This document shows, one piece after another, positions 57,341 through 64,000 of a stretch of DNA of 64,000 nucleotides. Each line of letters begins with the position of its first letter. Within the stretch, counting starts at the first letter, position 1. The position numbers and the translations under genes are program-made. The DNA is from Saprolegnia diclina VS20 (lineage: Eukaryota). The stretch covers positions 433,912 to 497,911 of the forward strand of contig NW_008246071.1 in the NCBI RefSeq assembly GCF_000281045.1. Reading direction: 5' to 3'. The notes beneath the pieces are model-generated. The model worked only from the letters and a program-made list of their open reading frames with translations, ran no database searches and had not been told where the DNA came from.

Positions 57341-59603
57341 ATGCGCTTTGGCCTGTACGCGTCCACGAGCTTGCTCGCCGGCGCGGGTCTCGTCGCCTAC
57401 ACGTACCACACGCGCCAGCAGTTCTACCCGACCGTCATCTACCTCGTGACCTCCAAGGTCAGCGTCATGGTGCTCTGCAACGTGGCCTTTGTGCTCACGA
57501 TTCTCTTCGGCCGCGTCTTCAAGCGCATCTTTCTTGGCACGCTGCGCGACGCCGAGCTCGAGGTACGCCTACCATGCATGACGTCATTGGGCTAAGCGCC
57601 TGCGCAGATGCTCTATGACCACGCCCGCTTCGCGATCGCCGAAACGTGCTTTACGCTCTCGGTGTTTCGCGAAGAGATGACACTCAAGGTGCTCGCGCTC
57701 TTTACGCTGCTCCTCTTCATCAAGACGTTCCACTGGCTTTGTCAATGGCGCGGCGAGCATGTGCGTGCATTCCTCGTCGCCACGACGCTCATACCCGTGG
57801 CTGTAGATTGAGCAGTCGGAGGTGGTTTCGCGCTCGACGCACGTTCGCTTGGTCATGCTCATGTCACTCCTCGCCGCCGTCGACATGTCGTTCGTCGTCC
57901 TCTCGGCTGTCAAGGTGCTCGAGCGCGGGCCGTCTGTCTTGGTCCTCTTTGGCTTTGAGGTACACCCCTATGGTCCAGCACGCGTCACATGACCGAGCTG
58001 TGTAGTTTCTCGTGCTCTTTATTTCGCTTGTCGCCGTATTTATGCGCTACGTGCTGCATCTCATTGATGCGCGCGTGGATGGCACGTGGGCCAACAAGTT
58101 TACCTATGTGTTCTACCTCGAACTCATCACGGAAATCGTCAAGCTCATCGTCTACCTGGTACACGACTCGCTTCGCCAATGCTTGCGTGTCAACCTCTCT
58201 TAGATCTTCTTCATGATCATCTTTACATACTACGGCATGCCGCTCCATCTCTTGCGCGACCTGTGGATGTCAATTCGCGTACGTCGACGTCTCGCTTCCT
58301 GCACCCGCGCTCACCTTGTCGTGCGTAGAACCTCCAGCGTCGCATCATCACCTACTTCCGCTACCGCCGCATCACGGCCAACATGAACGAGCGGTACGCC
58401 GTGGAATACTTGTGCCATTGTGGAATATCGCATTTTGGTAGGTTTCCGAGCCCGACTGAAGACGAGCTCAACGACACGGACCGCATTTGTATCATTTGCC
58501 GCGAAGAAATGACGCCGGAGACGTGCAAGAAGCTCCCTTGCTCGCACATCTTCCACCTCAACTGCCTTCGCATGTGGCTCCAGCGGCAACAAGTAGGCAG
58601 CTGCAAGATTATCCAGCGGCTAAGATGATGTGGCTAGACCTGCCCGACGTGCCGTGCCAATATCCCGACCGACCGTCAGCCAGACGTGGTCCCAGACGAC
58701 GCTGCCAACCCGCCGGCTGTGCCACCGCCAGCGGAGCGGCCCCAGCCACCTGTGCCCGAGGCAAACCATGTTCCACCGCCCCCGGTTGCACCCCAACATG
58801 CTCCTCCGGTTGCACCTCATCATGCTCCCCCACGACCTCTCCACCGGCCGGCGCCGTATCAGCCGCCAGTCGAAGCGCCGCGCGCGGCACCGGAGCGAAC
58901 GAATGCTGTGCCTCCGCCTGTCAACGTCGGGGGCCCCGTGCCCGTCGCAGGTGGTACGTCGTTTCCGCCGCATTTTGCGACGCCGCCACCGCCGATTTCG
59001 GGCGGTGTCGCCCCGCCGCCGGCCCTGCACGGGATCATGGACCCCGCGCAGCTGCATTACATGCAGTCGCTGCACTACGGGCTTCAGTTGGACCCAATGT
59101 ACCTGCAGTACCAGCTCGATATGCTCCAGGCGCAGCTTCACGTCCTGCGTGCGACGTCAGTAGCATTGCAAACGGGATCGCTCAGCACCGCTGGCTTTGC
59201 AATGCCTCCGAATGCTGCCTATGCACCAACGCCTTTCTCTGCGCCGACGCCGCCACCGGCGCCGACCTCGGCGCCCGTTGCAGCACCGGCGCCCGTGACC
59301 ATGCCAGTCTCGCTTCCTACAGTATCGCCCGTCGATGTCCCTGCGCCGGTGGCACCGGTTGCCGAGACAATGACGCCGACCCAACCATCGACACGGATGG
59401 AGCCGGCGCCGGCCGTGACGACGCCCCTGCCTACGACACCTGTGGAGCCAGCTGCCGAGCCGAAGGAGCCGACGGTGGCCGCGCCGTTGTCGGAGGAAGA
59501 GGCCGAGCGCCTACGCCGTCGGGACGAACTCCGAAGGATATATGCCAAGCGCTACGCCGACTCGTCGGAAAGCGCCACCAAGGACGAGAACGAGGCCGAG
59601 TAG
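57341..59603 (+). CDS. HRD1: ERAD E3 ubiquitin ligase HRD1/synoviolin; multi-exon
   Basis: QFYPTVIYL, IFLGTLRDAELE, LLFIKTFHWL, LFGFE, YGMPLHLLRD; RING-H2 CIICREEM...KKLPCSHIFHLNCLRMWLQRQQ|TCPTCR; Pro-rich tail. Confidence 0.95.
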
Positions 59604-59746
59604 GCATCGCAACCCCTCTCGTTGTGCAGTAATACAATACTCGCTGCGTCTGTTGAACCTTAATGATGGCGTGGACGTGACAGACTCAACAACGCTGCAG
59701 GATCCGCCTCTGAGAGCAGCAGCCAACTCGAGTCAAACTCTAGAAG

Positions 59747-59798
59747 ATACCAGCAAGGGTATATAAGAGATGCATCTCTTATATACCCTTGATACCAG
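59747..59798. mobile_element. Perfect 38-bp palindrome flanked by the 7-bp direct repeat ATACCAG; probable DNA-transposon excision footprint or minimal MITE
   Basis: ataccag-CAAGGGTATATAAGAGATG|CATCTCTTATATACCCTTG-ataccag. Confidence 0.75.
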
Positions 59799-60630
59799 TC
59801 AATACTGGCGAACGGGTGCTTAGTGATCTTAGTCGAGGTGCGCTGATGTTGCGTGGTGCCAATTTATGTATGTTTGCTTGGCATAAATCTGTTAGCATTT
59901 GCGATGGTATGCATTGTGTTCACAGGACTGATTACAGGGGAATACGTTGATTTCAAATTTAGTTTAGTTTTCGATTGAAATGTCATAGTTCTCGACCCTT
60001 GGAGTAGGTAAAAAAACCTAACCCACGAGCCGCTTGATATTATTCTTGGCGACAAGTAGCACTGGCGCACCAACGGATGTGTCATGGCGACCAGAGACTC
60101 TAGAAAATGTAGCCGGTGGATATACAATTGATATGGATGAATAAATGGTCCCCTCAACAAAAAAAGGTTATCTTCAATGAAGTTCAGCTAGAGCTAATAA
60201 CTGTGTAATCAATGGGGACCAGAAACGTGAAGTATACACTCGAGTTGCTCAGGATGGTACTTGTTCACAACATGGTTGGTTCAGTGTCTAACATGTGTAT
60301 AATAAAGTGTATAATCGTCCTCGCAACGGCGTTGATATATAAACATGCAACTAAGCTGATTTCGTTTGGATATGTCGAAATGCTGATTCGTACCGCCCGG
60401 TTCCACAGAACGTGGCTAGGTCGGTAAGTGCCCAGCGATCCTAGCTTCCCAAAGAGACTTCGCGTCGGGCTGATGGACCCAACATCCACAGAGGGAGCCT
60501 ACTATATGCCAAGTATAAAATGGAAGACTCAGATCGATATGGAAGAATTGACTGAGGGGCAAAATTTGGCAACTTTCAATCTACGTGCAGCAAGTGCAAT
60601 TTCGAAATGCTCACTGCACCGCGCAACTCG

Positions 60631-60698
60631 GTTATCCGGATACGCCACGACTCTCTCGTCGCTGGCCACTCGTTCGTTGAGGCGAGTATCCGGATAAC
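60631..60698. repeat. 13-bp inverted repeat (GTTATCCGGATAC / GTATCCGGATAAC); each arm contains the palindrome TATCCGGATA
   Basis: Arms 60631-60643 and 60686-60698 are exact reverse complements, 42-nt spacer. Confidence 0.75.
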
Positions 60699-61500
60699 GG
60701 CCATCGGTGCCGCTGCTGATTGGCTAACACACTATTTTATGGATTTCCGCGCGCCTCGTCGGCAACAATCGGTGCGCGCATGCACGGCGTTTCTGCGGCG
60801 TCTGCGGCTAAAGAATACGCTACGACAATACATATACTTATGTCGTAGCGATTACGAATCCTGCGGGGGGTCAAAAATGGTTGACAAAGAGGTGACTGCA
60901 CTCTTGGCCAACGACAACAGTGGACGGGTCCGTGAGGCCGGCCGTCCTCCCAGTCTTCTCTTAAGGAGCTGTATTGGATGGGTGCTTTGCGGCAGAGGTA
61001 ATCGTCGAGGAGTAGCTTGCAGGAGATGCATCGAGTACTGGAGCCAAATAAGAATAAGAATGTTTCTTGGCGGTGCACACTTGAAAAGTAGTACATTCGC
61101 TCGGAGCGATAGGGCGCGACGCCGAACGCAGCCGCAGTGCAAAGCGATATGGGGCCATTCTTGAAGTTCCATGCTAGTCCAGGCCACTGCGTTCAGACAG
61201 CTCGTTCAACAACGCGCTTGGTGGTAGCGCAGCGTAGTACTTCGAACTTCTGCACAAAGGCAGATCGGACGGGATGAGATCATCGATGATGGGCACAAGC
61301 GAAGGGCAGGGGCTGATCTCGTCGTGTCTGTGATGTCTTGTAAGTACTATCAGCACCTGCATTCCCAAGCCTTCGATGCGCTGTATTTACTATGGCGTCG
61401 AAAGGTATGGCAACAGAAGAGGAGGAACATGTTATAAACTATCTTTTCAATTATGTCTGCAAAACTCACGTGTCGACATCAACTAAGCATATAAGAACGC

Positions 61501-62901
61501 TCACAAAAACTTGCCAGCAAACGGGCACTTGCTGCTGCTGCTCGACACTGGGGACGGTGCACTGAGTGTGGATTGGCGCTCCGAGAAGGCGGGGCTCGTC
61601 ATATCAAACGGGCACGAAAAAAGGTCTTCGTGACTCGCTGCGCTGGCCTTCGAGTGGCTCGAGAGCGACTGGCGCCCGTCCAGCATCGTGCTGCGCCCTG
61701 TCATCGACGACGAGAGCCGCTGGCGCGCGGAGGTTTCTTCGGGTCGCTTGAGAAGCTTCTGGCGGTGCAGCGCATCCAGAAAAGCGTCGGCTTTGTAGAA
61801 GGTCTCCATACCGCAGATGCGGTTCGACGCGTCGAGGTCGAGGATTGTGAACCCAAAGAGCTCGACCATCGGCGATTTGGTCGATGACTGCTTTGGGTAC
61901 CCCCAATGGCGCCACGAGAACGAGACGCGCGGCAGTTTGGAGAAGACTTCGAGCACCTCCCAGGCAAACCCGTCTGGAAAGGCCGATCCAAAAGTCATGG
62001 ACGCTCGGTCCCGCGTGCTGCGCTTGGCGTCGTACAGCGCCTTGGCCGTCGGCGCGGCTGCAAGGAACGTATCGTACTTGCCGTTGCGGACCAGGTCGTC
62101 GGCAGCGACGGGGCTCGCGCCGTTCACGGTGCACTGGAAGAGCTTGGGGTGCATTGTCGTCATTTGTTGGGCGTTCGTCTTGTGGCACACCTCCATCTCC
62201 CACGTCTTGATGAGGTTCTGCACCATCCACTCAAGCGAGCCCGGCTTGTGGTTGTACGTTTTGCCTTGCAGGAAGAGAAGGTTCACGAGCGTGTAGTCCG
62301 GCTTGCCCACGCGCCACTCGACGCTCGGGTCGTCGAGCGTGCTGCGCATCGGGACATGGTCGCCCAGCGTCGCTTGAAGCTTGGTGATCTCGGCACGGGC
62401 GGCGTCCAGCGCCGTCGCCGATGTTGTAAGCGGAATGACGTTGGTGGGCACGTAGAGGTAGACCTCGGGTTCCATCGACGGCGTCGGTGGTGGTGACTCG
62501 AAGACGCGCTGTGGTACGACTTTCGGGGTCTTGGGCCCAGCCACGCCCGTAAAGGCCATCGTCCACTTGTCAAAGTCGCGCTCGCATGTGGCGGCCACCG
62601 TGAGCTGCGTCCCCGTGGGCGAGGCCACGACGAAGCCCATCTCGTGCTTGGCGCTCTTCTCGACGACAGCGACCTGGATCCGGTGTTTGTGCGGTTGTCC
62701 TTCGAAGCGCGCCGTCGCAAACGCCAAGAGCTCGCCTTTTGTCAAGACAAAGTAGTAGGCCTTCCAGCTCCGAAAGAAGCCGCCCTTGAGTCGTAGCCAG
62801 CCGCACGTAAAGACGGGCGCCGCCGGCATGTGCGACTGGTGCTTGCGCGACGCGCCACTGGCATCGGTCGTCCCGCTGGCACTACTCCTGAGCGTGGACA
62901 T
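61501..62901 (-). CDS. PH domain fused to a plant/fungal 'pathogen-related protein' (NTF2-like) domain; start may be 62934
   Basis: PH: CGWLRLKGGFFRSWKAYYFVL...DFDKWTMAF; PRP-like: VEWRVGKPDYT...HKPGSLEWMVQNLIKTWEME, FPDGFAWEVLEVFS..PRVSFSWRHWG; ends SKCPFAGKFL. Confidence 0.85.
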   Translation of the reverse strand: MSTLRSSASGTTDASGASRKHQSHMPAAPVFTCGWLRLKGGFFRSWKAYYFVLTKGELLAFATARFEGQPHKHRIQVAVVEKSAKHEMGFVVASPTGTQLTVAATCERDFDKWTMAFTGVAGPKTPKVVPQRVFESPPPTPSMEPEVYLYVPTNVIPLTTSATALDAARAEITKLQATLGDHVPMRSTLDDPSVEWRVGKPDYTLVNLLFLQGKTYNHKPGSLEWMVQNLIKTWEMEVCHKTNAQQMTTMHPKLFQCTVNGASPVAADDLVRNGKYDTFLAAAPTAKALYDAKRSTRDRASMTFGSAFPDGFAWEVLEVFSKLPRVSFSWRHWGYPKQSSTKSPMVELFGFTILDLDASNRICGMETFYKADAFLDALHRQKLLKRPEETSARQRLSSSMTGRSTMLDGRQSLSSHSKASAASHEDLFSCPFDMTSPAFSERQSTLSAPSPVSSSSSKCPFAGKFL

Positions 62902-64000
62902 GGTGGCGAATTCAAAAGTGGCATCCAACTGCATGTCAAGCAAGCAAGCTACTGCGCCGGCAAAGATTTGATTTTCGAAGTTCGAAGCATCCCGTTCTCA
63001 TCCCAACGTGCGATCTTCTTGCACCTCAAAGGTTGCGCCGACCCGTGCACGAGAAGCCTGTGCCGGAACCCACGCTTGACGTGTCCATGACTTCGGAGAT
63101 CGACGGACGAGCGACACCAAGCAACGAGATCGCTGTCCGCCTCGGCGGTAACGGGGCGCGATCCGGTCGCCGTGGAGACCACGTTGACAACACCAAGCAA
63201 GGATAGTGGGACGAGGCGCTTTGATCGTACTACTCTACGTGCGGCGGCTGCTTCAAGCGCCCAGCCCCTTGTTTGTCGGTCCGGGAAAGGTTGCTCGCTC
63301 GTGGCCAAAAGTGCCAAAAATTGCGCTACTGGGAGCAGGTAGGGTTCCTGCGACGTGTACTGGAGCCTGCAGCGACTGCCCTCATGCAGCAACTGGTGGT
63401 CTCCGAAGTTGGTTGATTGCTACGAATTTCGAACGAGAAATGAGAATGCAACCTCGGGCCATCCTATTGCAGTCCTCTCGCGGGGGCGCTCGCAGTCTGC
63501 AGCCAGTATGTAGCTGCGAGCTACTTCCTGCACCGGTCGAGCTTCCATCGAACGTGTCGTCTTGCGCCATGCATACGAAGGCTGTGGTCGTCACCGCCCA
63601 GAGTGGCGTCTCAGGGCGCGAGTTACACTGCGGCACGTCGATCTTTCCACGACAGAGCCGCAATCGCAACGTCGAATGCAGCGCGGCCATTCTACTTGCC
63701 GAGCTCGTGCATGCACTTGCACGTGGCATGAATACATGTATGTGGGCCCAAGGCGGGTACCGGTATGGCTGGCACTACAGCGGCGCGACTTCGTGCGTCG
63801 ACGCGTGATGATGGGTGCTTCTTCCCTCGTTCCACATACCCTTCCACATATCTTCCTGGTGTCGTAGTAGGTGCACCCTGGTCGCAAAGATCCAACTCTG
63901 CTCTGCAGTTATCGACATGCATCGAGGAGCGCCATGTATCCCGACACTCAACCCGACCAAAATATGATCCTCCCATCGGATGCGAGGAGCGGTTCGGTTA

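Noticed and set aside
59754..59791. Palindrome as a Nextera/Tn5 mate-pair junction adapter (also 38 bp, shares TATAAGAGA)
   Set aside because: Sequence and arm orientation differ from CTGTCTCTTATACACATCT-AGATGTGTATAAGAGACAG, and it is flanked by a 7-bp duplication.
62950..64000. ORFs of 100-200 aa at the window end
   Set aside because: No codon bias or recognisable motifs; treated as upstream intergenic sequence.

Overview
Gene-dense eukaryotic DNA, GC-rich, with short (~45-60 nt) spliceosomal introns. Gene content and style point to an oomycete, probably Saprolegnia-like (inference). I can support 19 protein-coding genes: a myosin with a long coiled-coil tail (spanning a 656-nt assembly gap), sphingosine kinase, PHTF, an Afi1/MesA-like protein, a BEACH-WD40-ELMO protein, a PIH1D2-like protein, two dispersed paralogues of an unknown helical protein, a non-catalytic beta-galactosidase-like membrane protein, RBM5/10, a RAD23-like protein, condensin II CAP-D3, two tandem SPRY genes, Sfi1, a coiled-coil/Pro-rich protein, a TPR-cNMP protein, selenophosphate synthetase, HRD1 and a PH + pathogen-related-protein fusion. 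Signals the ORF track misses: (1) the selenophosphate synthetase has an in-frame UGA (Sec54, K-G-U-G-C-K), a canonical type II SECIS in its 3' UTR and candidate accessory stem-loops; (2) the Afi1/MesA-like gene has a minor-spliceosome AT-AC (U12) intron overlapped by a frame-compatible GT-AG alternative, plus a GC-AG intron; (3) a perfect 38-bp palindrome flanked by a 7-bp direct repeat resembles a P-superfamily transposon excision footprint; (4) both unknown paralogues carry an RVxF-PhiPhi-R PP1-docking motif and a basic N-terminus; (5) a recurrent TATCCGGATA/CCGGATA motif lies just upstream of several genes. Exon boundaries were placed by eye and no database searches were run.
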